A stretch of 64,000 nucleotides of DNA from the human T2T-CHM13v2.0 reference genome, Homo sapiens. The translations under genes and the position numbers were made by a program. This document shows, piece by piece, positions 14,128 through 27,882 of this stretch. A model generated the notes under the pieces. That model saw nothing but the letters and a program-made list of their open reading frames with translations, did not search any database and was not told where the DNA came from. The DNA lies in assembly GCF_009914755.1 (NCBI RefSeq), contig NC_060942.1, one strand, 5' to 3'. Every line of letters begins with the position of its first letter. Position 1 is the first letter of the stretch.

Positions 14128-14974
14128 CTCTTCCTCTTTCTTCAAGGCCTAGGTCAAGGCATCCCTCTTCAGAGATTCTGTGAACTACCAGTCTTGTAGT
14201 GATTGCCTTTTCCTCTGAACCTAGAACATTTATGGTTCACATTACACATCTGATAGTCTTCCTTACTGGGACCAGTTGTCCCCAGTTTGTGTGGAACAAT
14301 CCTGGTTTGCACCTGTATTGCTGGTGAAGTACTTAATAGCATTTACAAATGCTCAAAAATGTCCCAGTCTGGATGATAAAATGCAACCATCCACCTTATC
14401 AAACCTATCTTTGCAAAAATCTAATCTCCCTGGCTGAGCTTCAAAGGACTCAATGATGGAACTGTGTCCCATTCCTCTGTACCCCATCTGCTCACACTAC
14501 TCTGTGCTTTGCCCAAAGGAACGGCTCAAACAGTGCTTGAAAATCAAGTCTTATTATCCTTGACAGTGGAGAATGCTTATTTTGCTAATAAACAGATAAT
14601 TCCATGGGTAATTACCTACCCCATCATCCTCCCCTACACATACACAGAGAGAGAGAGAGAGAGAGAGACCCACCAGAGTACAAAGAGTCTAAACTTCCAC
14701 AGACACCATATTATTCTCTTTCTCATCCCAGCTGAGGGTGGGGAAGGGGTTCCTTTGTGCCTTGCGCAGCACAGAACTACACTTTTAGATTTTAAATGTC
14801 CTTACTAGGGATTGGCCTGAAGCAAAATTCTAACATTTTGCCATCAGTAACACTCATTTTCTCTTTTAGCACATCCACTGCCTCCTTCATTCACAAAACA
14901 ATGAAAGAATATCTGCCTTGTGCTAGACATGAAGCAAGATCCCATGGACTCAAAAACTCAGCAGCAGTCTTTCC

Positions 14975-15304
14975 CTCTAGGAGCTTAGAATCTGTTGTCA
15001 GACAAACAATCAGGACTCTACAGGATACACTCTAGGAGCTTAGAATCTGTCGTCAGACAAACAATCAGGACTCTACAGGATACACTCTAGGAGCTTAGAA
15101 TCTGTCGTCAGACAAACAATCAGGACTCTACAGGATACACTCTGGGAGCTTAGAATCTGTCGTCAGACAAACAATCAGGACTCTACAGGATACACTCTGG
15201 GAGCTTAGAATCTGTCGTCAGACAAACAATCAGGACTCTACAGGATACACTCTAGGATCTTAGAATCTGTCATCAGACAAACAATCAGGACTCTACAGGA
15301 TACA
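14975..15304. repeat. Minisatellite, 6 x 55 bp, inside an L2 relic
   Basis: Unit ctctaggagcttagaatctgtcgtcagacaaacaatcaggactctacaggataca recurs at exact 55-bp spacing (ggagc at 14980, 15035, 15090, 15145, 15200; variant ggatc at 15255). Confidence 0.97.
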
Positions 15305-15626
15305 CACTATTGAGAAATACATCCTGTGCTGGGGGAGCATAGTGGAGAAAGCACCTAATTCTTATTGGTCTGCTTGGATGAGTTGAGGAAGATTTCCCAG
15401 AAATGACATTAGAGCTCAGTGACCAAATAGAGAATTAGTAGGAAAAGGCACACCAAACAGAATTGCAAGGAAATTGTCCTGAAAAATGTCAATTAAGTGT
15501 GTAAGAAACATGCCAGGCATAGGGGCTGGATCTGGGGAAAGGAATGGGCAGAAAACATGGTTGAACAGGGAGCGTGGAGCCAGATAGAGCCTTGCTAAGA
15601 GGTTTAGGATTTATGTTATAAGCAAA

Positions 15627-15627
<1 letters not shown>

Positions 15628-15703
<76 letters not shown>
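15628..15703. repeat. (CA)n(GA)n compound microsatellite
   Basis: Direct reading. Confidence 0.97.
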
Positions 15704-15709
<6 letters not shown>

Positions 15710-15933
15710 TGTTAATTTGGGAAGTGGTATGACTAGATTTATGCTTTAGATAGCTCTCCCATGGAGAAAGCTCCAAAACTCATACACAAAAGTTTAAGGA
15801 CAGCTTTCCTCAAATGAGAGGTGGCATGGAGAAGCTGTGTTTGCAGAGAAACTACATCATTATACTTACAATGTATGTTTACATAGGATGGCTGGATGGG
15901 AAGGGTGGTTTAATAGAGATTGTGAAAAGGCAT

Positions 15934-16296
<363 letters not shown>

Positions 16297-16535
16297 TTAT
16301 GGTTGGATTTTGAGGGAAAGGAAGCAGCCATGATGGATCAGGAATGTGAGGAATTGAAAGAGAGGAAGAGAAGCACCTGGCTTGGGCCACTGGATAGATA
16401 ATGATGCCATTAATAAAGGTGGAGAATATAGGCCACTGAGATTTGGGGGTGTATGATGAGCTTCGTTTTGGACATGCTAAATTGGAAATGTTTGTAGGAG
16501 TTCCAGATGGAGTAATTCAATTGGTTATAGAACTA

Positions 16536-16923
16536 TGTTAGAAGAAAAACTTAAGACAAATTAAATTTAACAGAGTTTAATTGAACAAAGAACAATTTGT
16601 GAATCAGGCAGCCACACACACCAGAATAGGTTCAGAGTGACTCTGGGCCTGCCATATGGCAGGATAAGATTTATGAACAGAAAAAGGGAGTGAGGTCCAG
16701 AAAACGGAAGTGAGGTGCAGAAACAGCTGGAATGATTATGGCTCAGCATTTCCGTTATTTGAACACTTGAATAGTCAGCCTCCTGTAATTGGCAGATGCG
16801 CTATGATTGGCACAAGAGTAGATTACAGTCTGTTTACACATCCAGTTGGGTTACAGTTCACTATATAGGAAGAAACCTTTAGGCTGAACTTAAAATATGT
16901 AAGGAGGTGACTTTGACTTAACA
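16536..16923 (-). mobile_element. MER57-like ERV1 solo LTR inserted in an L2 relic
   Basis: Minus strand tgttaagt..cctccttacatattttaagttcagcctaaaggtttct..gtgaactgtaacc. Confidence 0.75.
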
Positions 16924-17544
16924 ATTGTCAGTGTTAGATCAGGGGAAAGATTTGTTCTCAAGCTAGAGATTGGCATGTTTTTTGCACCTGAGTACTAATT
17001 GAAATGGCAAGAAGAGATGATGTCATCCATGGAAAGGATGGATATCAAAATGAAATGGAATCAAGGATTGTAGGAGAAGCACAATTAAGGGAGGCTGGAA
17101 AGGAGGTTTCATTTACCATGTTGACATTGATCAATTGGTAGTGTCTGCAGGGAGTCCCCAAGGAGGACTCTAGGGCCACATTCAGGATGCCAGGATGGAT
17201 TCACAGAGTTGTTAGTCGGCAGGAGAGGTGGAAGTGGTGGCACCTCAGATTTAGGAGGCTGACAGAGGAAAAAGGATGCAGCAAGAGGTGACAGTGCAAA
17301 AGAATGACAAGAAAACACATCAGAAAGACATGTTTAATGGAGGCAGGTGCATCAGGAGATGATACAGAATTACAGGCTGAAGCAGGGAGGCTGGAAATTA
17401 GACATTTGCGATTTCATGGAGAGCTGTCTCATTGATTTCGAGGGGGCAGAACTGAGGAGAGTTGAAGAGCAAAGGGGAGGAGTTTAAATGACCTTAGTGA
17501 GGGAAGTCAATGCCCTCAAGAAACTCCCAGTGTCTTACCCACAC

Positions 17545-17819
17545 TGTGAAGCGGCCCAGTTCTACCTAAAGGAGACTTGCCCTTCCAAGACAGTATCTTT
17601 GGTTTTAAAACTGGCTTTGTTTGCACCTGGCCTAGCTACATCAGGACTCAGAGCCACCTGATCGCCACTGAGTGGACGATGCTCCCCAGCTGCCCTGGAG
17701 AGTTCGCTGGGGTCAATGGGAGAAGCTACATGGTGTCTGGGATCCTCATTGCCAGACTCTCTTTGTCTGGGAATGCAAGAGTTCCAGTGAGAGTCCTAAT
17801 CAATTTTCCTCTGAGTAAT
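17545..17819. repeat. Dispersed direct duplicate of 20078-20348
   Basis: Colinear match gcccagttctacctaaagga...gagtcctaatc with scattered substitutions. Confidence 0.93.
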
Positions 17820-17912
17820 TGCACTCCAGCCTGGGCGACATAGTCTCCAATGTCTGCCCAGGAATCTCAGCAAAATTCTTCATCCCAGCCTACCACTTTG
17901 GTATGTCCTGTG

Positions 17913-18132
17913 TTTTTTGGGGTTTTGTTTTTGTTTTTGTTTTGAGACAGAGTCTCACTCTGTCACCCAGGCTGGAGTGCAGTGGTGTGGTCCTAGCTCA
18001 CTGCAGCCTCTGCCTCCCAGACTCAAGCAATCTCCCGCCTCAGCCTCCTGAGTAGCTGGGACCACAGGCAACCACCACCACACCCAGCAAATTTTTAGTT
18101 ATTTGTAGAGACGGAGTCTCACTATGTTGCCC
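17913..18132 (-). mobile_element. 5'-truncated AluJ-like
   Basis: Antisense Alu flanked by TSD atgtcctgtg (17903-17912 and 18133-18142). Confidence 0.88.
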
Positions 18133-18259
18133 ATGTCCTGTGGGGTTTTTTTTTATCATCTCTCCCACAAAACCCCACACTACCCACAACATGCCCTAAA
18201 CTTAACTATTCTTTGATAATATAACGAAAGAAGTTAGGAAGTTTCCAATTTAAAAGACA

Positions 18260-18562
18260 GGCTGGGTATGGTAGCTAACACCCGTAATCCCAGCACTTTG
18301 GGAGGCCGAGGCAGGCAGATCATCTGAGGTCGGGAGGTTGAGACCAGCCTGGCCAACATGGTGAAACCCTGTCTCTACTAAAAACACAAAAATTAGCCAG
18401 GCGTGGTGGCACATGCCTGTAATCCCAACTACTCAGGAAGCTGAGGCAGGAGAATCACTTGAACTCAGGAGGTGGAGGTTGCAGTGAGCAGAGACTGCGC
18501 CATTGCACTCCAGCCTGGGTGACAGACTGAGACTCTGTCTTAAAAAAAAAAAAAAAAAAAAA
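18260..18562 (+). mobile_element. AluS
   Basis: Alu consensus; (CA)n follows at about 18612-18656. Confidence 0.92.
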
Positions 18563-18609
18563 GGCAAAGGCCAAAGGGACATATACATACCAAAGGAAAA
18601 GGAAACACA

Positions 18610-18661
<52 letters not shown>

Positions 18662-19501
18662 AAACAAACCAAGGCTGTTTCACTAAAAGAAATGAAGTTG
18701 GGGGCAGCTAAAGGGAAGTAAAAGAACAGCAGGCCCTGCCCACCCTGGCAAGAACCCATGAAAGGACAGTGGGAGGGGAGAACCTTCTAGGTTCAAACAG
18801 AAAATGTGAAAAGCATCATTTTTTAAAATAGGATTCCCAATCCTAAATTTCAAATTAGAGCTGCCTTTGATTGCAAATGTTTAAACTTATATTAAAGGAA
18901 AATGACCATCAAGGGGATTGTTTCTGGAGTCAGGCTCAGCATGAAGTAATGGGACTGTTACCTCATTAGAATGAAATAGGAACAAAGCTATGCTTGAAAC
19001 CTTAAAGACCCGGCTCCAGGGCCTGAGCTTTGGCCATTTTTTACGCTGCACTGACCCCTAGAGGTTCTTCCTTTTCATTCACAATGTGCTATACACTTGG
19101 CCCAGGGGAAAAAAATAAAATAAGAGAAAATGTTGCTTTTCTTTCTTACAATCAAAAGCGGTATGAAAAGCAGGAAAAAGAAGGAAAGCGTGATCTCACT
19201 GCCAAGTGCTATCAATTAAAACCGCCTTAATAAGAGGAGCAAATCTCGTCAGTGAATTTCTCGTGCCACGAGCACCAGCAGTTAAGCTTGCTGCAATATT
19301 AGTAAAACAGATTGGGAACAAGCACTTGCATTTTAAATGTGCATCTTTGATTCCCTGCCCCATGTGGCAGCTGAGACCCTAGACCAGCTGCCAACCCCAT
19401 CCAGTCCCTTCCCAATACAAGGACGGTGGGAAATTGTGGCCCTGTCTGAAGACCCAGTTGCTTGGATTGCCTTATCACTGCCACGTTGCTTAATATCTCA
19501 C

Positions 19502-19585
19502 CCAGAGGAGAAGGTTGAGTCCCCAGAGTGTCCACATGCACATTAGGTTGAAACACACCTCTGCTGGGGGAAGCAAGCTGCATCA
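19502..19585 (-). other. Orphan exon candidate B (84 bp)
   Basis: ctctttttccccctaccctataacag|TGATG...CTGG|gtgaga. Confidence 0.35.
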
Positions 19586-20359
19586 CTGTTATAGGGTAGG
19601 GGGAAAAAGAGCGTGGCATGTCAAGTCCTCACAAGAATCTTAATGACACTCTTATGGCAATAGAAAATTTGATTTTTAACCCACAGGCCATCCAGAGATC
19701 TGTCCTCTTATGGAGAAGAAAGGCAGGAAGTCAGAAATATTGAGGGAGCTGGAATTTCCAGTCTGCAAGTGTGACTTGGGGGCAATTTTAAGAGTGCGTG
19801 TCCCTCAAATTAAGGAATTAATCCCTCTTCAGGGCAGACAGTCCAGAGGAATAAGAGATCCAAGAGGGGCTGGGACATGTGCTCTAAAATTCAAATAATC
19901 CACAACTGTGCATCCATCATTATAGTTATATAGATTATATGACATAGTTATATATAATCTACATCATCCATAGTCTCACTAAAAGGGAAGAAGGAAAAAT
20001 GTAAGGCCCTTTGGAAACAACAGTTTGAAAACAATAGCTTGGTTACTCTCTAAACATCACGTACAGATTTTCTCACATGTGAATCTGCCCAGTTCTACCT
20101 AAAGGAGCCTTGCCCTTCCAAGACAGCATCTCTGGTTTTAAAGTGGCTTCATTTGCAACCAGCCCAGGATCAGGACTCAGGGCCACCTGATCGCCACTGA
20201 GTGGATGATGCTCCCCAACTGCCCTGGAGAGTTCACTGGGGTCAGTGGGAGAAGCTGCATGGTGTCTGGGATCCTCATTGCCAGACTGTCTTTGTCTGAG
20301 CGTGCAAGAGTTCCTGTGAGAGTCCTAATCGATTTCTCTCTGGGTAATAATGGTCTTAC

Positions 20360-20446
20360 CTGCACGACAGCTACCCGAAAGCTCCTTTCCTCAGCGGTGG
20401 CGATCGTTACCACCTCAAACAAAGCTGGCCTCTCCAGAGCATGCAC
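20360..20446 (-). other. Orphan exon candidate A (87 bp)
   Basis: cattcagcctcttcccag|GTGCAT...GTGCAG|gtaaga; open in phase 0; several CpGs retained. Confidence 0.4.
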
Positions 20447-20525
20447 CTGGGAAGAGGCTGAATGTATTGAAAACTGGTGAGCCTGAAAGAGGTAATCTTA
20501 GGTAAATCTCTTTATCTCTACGAAC

Positions 20526-21053
20526 TGTGGAGGAAGCATTTTTAAACCTGTATATATATGGGTGAATCTTATTCTTATAAAAAATGAATATGAGAAAAGA
20601 ACTTTTATCTGAGGAATGCAAGTCTTTTTAACTGATCAGGCCTACAGAGACACAACAATGAGACAGCAATCACACACGACTCCCCACTTTGATCTATGTA
20701 TTCATCTCTTGAAACTGCTTGCTAGTGCCACAAATAGCCATAGATTCACCTCAGAATGCTGCACCGGACACGATTACCCACATCCTGTAGCTTAACAATG
20801 TATAGCCAATCACTAATCAGTGTCATTTCTATAAACCCATGAGAATTCCTGGATTTATACAAAGCAATTTTGTATCAGCCCACTCCCTTTCCCTCTTTTT
20901 TGCCTTTAAGAATGTGCTTGTAATAAAGGCCAAAAGAAGCTCATATCCAAGATTACTAGGGGGTTGAGTCTTCCAGGCAGCTGTCTTCACTTTGACTCAA
21001 TTAAACTCTTTACGTTGTCTGTTGTGTCTCAGCCTCTTCCTTTTAGGTCTACA
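20526..21053 (+). mobile_element. MER39/MER34-family ERV1 solo LTR
   Basis: tg...tgaggaatgcaagtc..atcaggcc..aatgagacagcaatca...ttccttttaggtctaca. Confidence 0.72.
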
Positions 21054-22051
21054 AAACTTACAAGAGGAGGGAGTTATTTCTAGTCTAGACATTTGATTTG
21101 ACACCAAAAATAAAAACATGGAAAGTAATTAAACCACTTATGTCCTGTGGTTTAACCACTTGCCTTTTTCATGAAATTACACTTGTGACTTAGACACTGG
21201 CCCAAGCATTATGCATCTGGAATTTCAGGCTGTCTTTACTACTGATCATCTAGTAATTGATTGGGCAGTGATCTGATTTAATAGGTGAGCTAGCTGAAAT
21301 AATTGGATTGACAATTTCCATAGATGAGGTGTTCACTCACCACACCATCTTTCACCCATTAGGATGTTATGCATTTACTCCAATGGATTCAGAGAATCAT
21401 AATTATTCACAAAATTTTCCAATTTCCCACTGCAGTTGTCACTCAGAAAGTATGCCAAGAAGCTCAGCAGAAAAAATGCCTAAATATGTAAGCCCTTATT
21501 AAATGATTCACCTCACTGTTGCCAACCTTCAGTCTAGGAGCTCCCATTTTCATCTACTTAAGGAACCTTGACACAGTCCTAAGGCATATAGGACTAAGAA
21601 TGCCTTAAAAATGTATCCCATTTCCTTACACATATATTGAGTTCCCAGAAAGTATCAGAACAAACACCAGTTGCAAAATTACAAGGCTTCATGGTTACAG
21701 CTATAATTCTGGAAAACTGGGAGCATACTCACATTTCCCAATTACAGAAAGATGTCACTAATATTTACTTTCCCTGTCAGTTGTGTTTTGTTAATTAAGC
21801 ATCTTTTGCCTGAGGGAATGAGGAACTTCTTGTTCTCCCTGGGTTTGGAAGGTAAAAGTAAGTAGAGATTAGGCAGCCACTGGAATCACAAAAGCAAGTG
21901 CTGCCTGGCTAACTCCAGTCCCCACCCCAGCCTGAGGCAAATGATAGAATGTTCTATTTAAAGAAGCCCATTGACAATACTATTGTTCTTTCAAAGCCTA
22001 GGAGAAAGTAAAAATTGTATTGAGAGTGTCTTTTTTTCCCTGCCTTCAAAC

Positions 22052-22838
<787 letters not shown>

Positions 22839-23164
22839 TACTATGACATTCTAGAAAGCTTGATAAAGTTTTAAAGATTGTTATTTGTATTATTAAAGCG
22901 ATTTCTGATTATTATAGAGTTTACATGCAATTATCATTGTCCATATATCCCAGGCAAATATAAGAGTTTAATTTAGGAGGTTTGGATGTTGCTTGAATGC
23001 ATGATTGTAGAAACACAAAATTATTGACTAAGTGGAGGTAGAGAGCTCTAATACTAGCAGTTACCAAAGTGAGATGCATACACAGCAAGGGCTTTCACAG
23101 AACTTTCAAGTTCCTTCTCATTGTAAGTTTTGGGTAAAAAAATGTAAGTTATGCCAATAGTTAT

Positions 23165-23592
23165 TGATATAGTTTGGATATTTTTCCCCACCCAAATCTC
23201 ATGTTGAAATGTAATCCCCAGTGTTGGAGGTGGGGCCTGGTGTGAGATGATTGGATCATGGAGGAAGATATCTCATGAATGGTTTAGCACCATCCTCTTG
23301 ATGCTGTTCTCAGGATAGTGAATGAGTTCTTGCAAGATCTAGTCATTTAAAAGTGTGTGACACCTCCCCACTCTCTTGCTCCTGCTCTGGCCACATGACC
23401 TGCCTACTCCCCCTTCACCTTCCACCACGATTATAAGTTTCCAAAGGCCTCCCCAGAAGCCAAGCAGATGCCAACACCATGCTTCCTGTGCAGCCTGCAG
23501 ACCTGTGAGCCAATTAAACCTATTTTCTTTATAAATTACCCAATCTCAGGTATTTCTTTATATTAATAGCAATGCAAGAACAGACTAACACA
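23165..23592 (+). mobile_element. MSTA-like MaLR solo LTR
   Basis: tgatatagtttggat...gaatggtttagcaccatcc...cagactaacaca. Confidence 0.88.
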
Positions 23593-23669
23593 GTAATGAA
23601 GATCATTGATTCTGTGGGTGCAAATAACATGGCTTGGAATTCTCATGTGTATTATGATGAGAAAGGACA

Positions 23670-23890
23670 AGTAGTCCAAGGTCGTGGTTAACGCTCTTAA
23701 CCCAGGCACCTAGTTTTGAATCCTGGCTCTGCCATTTGCTAATTCTGTGACCTGAGTTTCTTAACCTTTGTGTACCTCAGTTCCCCATCTGTAAATATTA
23801 CCTTCCTCAAGTGTCCCTATGAGGATTAAATGAGATCCTATTTGGGAAGCACTTAAAACAGAGTCTGGCACATTGTCAGGGTTATACAAT
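23670..23890 (+). mobile_element. MIR
   Basis: ttgaatcctggctctgcca..ctgtgacc..cctcagttccccatctgtaaa..gaggattaaatgag. Confidence 0.8.
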
Positions 23891-24220
23891 GCTATATATG
23901 TGTTTGTTGAATACAATAACAAAACATGGAGTGTTTGTTATTAATTGGAAAGATGTTGCGAGATAAACAAGACAAAATCCCTTTACATCAGTCGTTAGAT
24001 CATTTTTTTTTGCATGACAAACATTTTAAGAGTCTGATAGAAAAATGTTCATATTGTATAACATAATAAATTTTGGCATATGATTTCAGCATGTTTATGG
24101 ACTCCTACCCCAAGTAGCCCATGGGCTGTAGATAAGAAGCCTTGCATTAAACTAAAATCATGTTTATAGTGAAAATATGCTGGCACAATGAACATTCACA
24201 TACATTTAACAAATATAAAC

Positions 24221-24991
<771 letters not shown>

Positions 24992-25247
24992 CCAGGGTAA
25001 TAGAAAGAGTGGGAGCAATGAAGTACCCTACACCAGAAAGTGGAAAGGTGGCAAAAAAGAGGAAGAACATTGATTCCTTTATACTTTGATGTGTTGATAT
25101 TGAAAAGAGAAGAAGAAAAACAGTGAATTCTATTGGAATTGCTATTATGAATTTTATTGGGACCTTGTTTTGAAATACTACTACATGCTTTGAAATTCCT
25201 AAAATATTATAATATGATACTATGTAAGATACAATTTATTACTCCCA

Positions 25248-25263
25248 ATGAGTCAGCAATAAA
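25248..25263 (+). promoter_or_regulatory. CNC-sMaf / ARE (NRF2, BACH1, NF-E2) consensus site
   Basis: ATGAGTCAGCA followed by AT-rich ATAAA. Confidence 0.4.
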
Positions 25264-25665
25264 TACAAAGCTTTTCATATCCCACATAAATTCAATTACA
25301 TGGTAAGAGGAAAAGAATTCATAGGCAAGTACTCACAAGCATGAAAGATGTAGATGTAGGTATTTATGTTTGGGGGAAAACTGTGGCTGTCCCTTGTTAA
25401 AAACACTCACTGGGTTTGGCCAGAAGGCAAAGATTGCATCTCCCTGTATAGTACCTAGACTATCAGCATACATAATTGAGGGTAATGGTAGGGCTCTATT
25501 TCAGGTAGATGGGATGTGAATGTTAACACCAAATGTAGGTTCAAGGGAAATAATTGCTCAATTCTGTCAGCCAACCTTGATTGCTTTTCCTCTCCTGAAG
25601 CAGATTCTGAAATGAAGCTATGTACACTGTGGTGCTAATGAGAGAAAAGAAAGAAGAGGAGAGGA

Positions 25666-25954
25666 GGATGGGTGGGGTGGCTCGTGCCTGTAATCCCAGC
25701 ACTTTTGGAGGCCAAGATAGGAGGGTCGCTTGAGGCCGAGAATTTGAGATCAGCGTGGGCAACATAGCAAGACTCTTTCTCTATAAACAAACAAACAAAA
25801 AAATTAGCTAAGGGATGGTGGTATATATAAGCCTGTAGTCCCAGCTACTCAGGAGGCTAAGGCAGAAGGATTCCTTCAGCTGAGAATTCAAGGTTGCAGT
25901 GAGCTATGATCCGGCCACTGCACTCCAGCCTGGGAGACAGAGTCAGACTGTTTC
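25666..25954 (+). mobile_element. AluJ-like
   Basis: Divergent Alu dimer. Confidence 0.88.
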
Positions 25955-26224
<270 letters not shown>

Positions 26225-26717
26225 TGGTTCCCCATCCTAGAAATGGTTCTCTTTGATGTAGCCTGGGCAATTATTACATACCGGCTCTGTAAAGAAATCA
26301 CGACAAAATGTCTGAGTATGGTAAACTTGAATAGGACCTCAGAAGAGTTATTTTAGAAATTTAGCAGTAACTTTTTAACGCCTGCTTCACGGAACACATT
26401 TCATTTTAAGTATTTCACTGACATTGATGAATGAGCTTGCAATGCTCATCTTAAATTTTCTTGAATACAAACAATTCAGAAACTGGTTTGCACATATTTT
26501 TTATATTATTTTTAGAAAGAATGTAGCATTCAGGAAAGACATTAAATTGATGACTTATTCCCAAGAGGACAGAAAGTTTCCCATTTACCCTGCCTGGTTC
26601 ATTAACTCTGCTTGGCCCATCTGAACCTGAGCTATCTGGACAGCTAGGAAAAAAATGAAGGTAATGAGGCTGCCTCCCCAACCAAAGGCTAGAAAAAGTG
26701 AAGCATTAAAGAAACAC

Positions 26718-26861
26718 AGCAAAGATGCAAAATGCTAAAGAAGCAATATTTTCTAACATATCTAAATGTGGCTGCTTTCACCATGGGACTAGCAAAGATG
26801 CAAAATGCTAAAGAAGCAATATTTTCTAACATCTAAATGTGGCTTCTCTCACCATGAGACT
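26718..26861. repeat. Tandem duplication, 2 x about 72 bp
   Basis: agcaaagatgcaaaatgctaaagaagcaatattttctaacat... starts at 26718 and at 26791. Confidence 0.95.
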
Positions 26862-27467
26862 ATTCCTTTATTTTCTTTCAATCTTTGACGCAAGGTTTTG
26901 TTTTTGCTTTTTTTTAATCATCATTTTTCCTTATCATTTCCTGTATATATGAGTATGGTCCCATCTATACATTTTAAAATAGGGAATAAGGAATATATAT
27001 GTATGTATTTCTATCATAAGCCACATTTTCTCACCTTTCTCATTCTTTCCTCATTCCCAGTTCCCCTACTGCTCTCAAACTCTCCATTCACCACTTAATA
27101 GAGGTTATTTTACTTCTCTCAATTCTGGAGATTTTACAATAATTGTTGCCAAAAAGGTTGTTCTCTCCCTTTAACACAATCTGTCTTGCTCTAGGATCGT
27201 GGTGGTTCCCCAGTGCCATTATTTCTGCAAATATACTAACCTGACCCACACAGACAGAATTGAGAGGTGAAGATGGTGTCCTGTGTGGACCCTGGCACCA
27301 CACTGCTGGGGTTCAAGCTCTGTCTGCGGCCCACCAGCTGAGTGGCCCTGCTGAAGGTCCTCTAGGACTCAGTTCTCTCATCTGCAAAATTAGGATAGTA
27401 ATCTCTCTCTTGTAGGGTTACTGTGAGTTTAAATTGAGATCATGTATATCTGGTGTTATTGTTATTA

Positions 27468-27882
27468 CAGTTGACCCTTGAACAACATGGGTTTGAACAG
27501 TGCTGGTCCACTTACATGCAGGTTTTCTTCTGCCTCTACCACCCTTGAGATGGCAAGAGCAACCCTTCCTTTTCCCCCTCCTCCTCAGCTTACCCAATGT
27601 GAAAACAATGAGGAAGAAGGACTTTATAATGATGCACTTCCACTTATTGAATAGTAAATGTTTTCTCTTCTTTATGATTTTAATAACATTTTCTTTTCTC
27701 TAGCTTACTTTATCACAAGAATGCAGCATATAATACATTTAACATACATCATATGCATTAATTGACTGTTTATGTTATTGACAAGGGTTCCAGTCAACAG
27801 CAGGCTATTAGTAGTTGAGTTTTGGGGAAGCTGAAAGTTATGTGCAGATTTTTGGCTGTGCACATTATTCCAGGGCCAACTA
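27468..27882. mobile_element. Tigger2a-like DNA transposon
   Basis: TA-cagttgacccttgaacaac TIR and cagggccaacta end. Confidence 0.8.

Noticed and set aside
14975-15304. CRISPR-like regular array
   Set aside because: Units are identical end to end with no unique spacers, in eukaryotic context; it is a minisatellite.
17577-20480. Paralogous + strand ORFs (MLPSCPGEFAGV / MLPNCPGEFTGV) suggesting a duplicated gene
   Set aside because: The similarity simply reflects the DNA duplication; frames are not preserved along the copies and no domain or + strand exon structure is evident.
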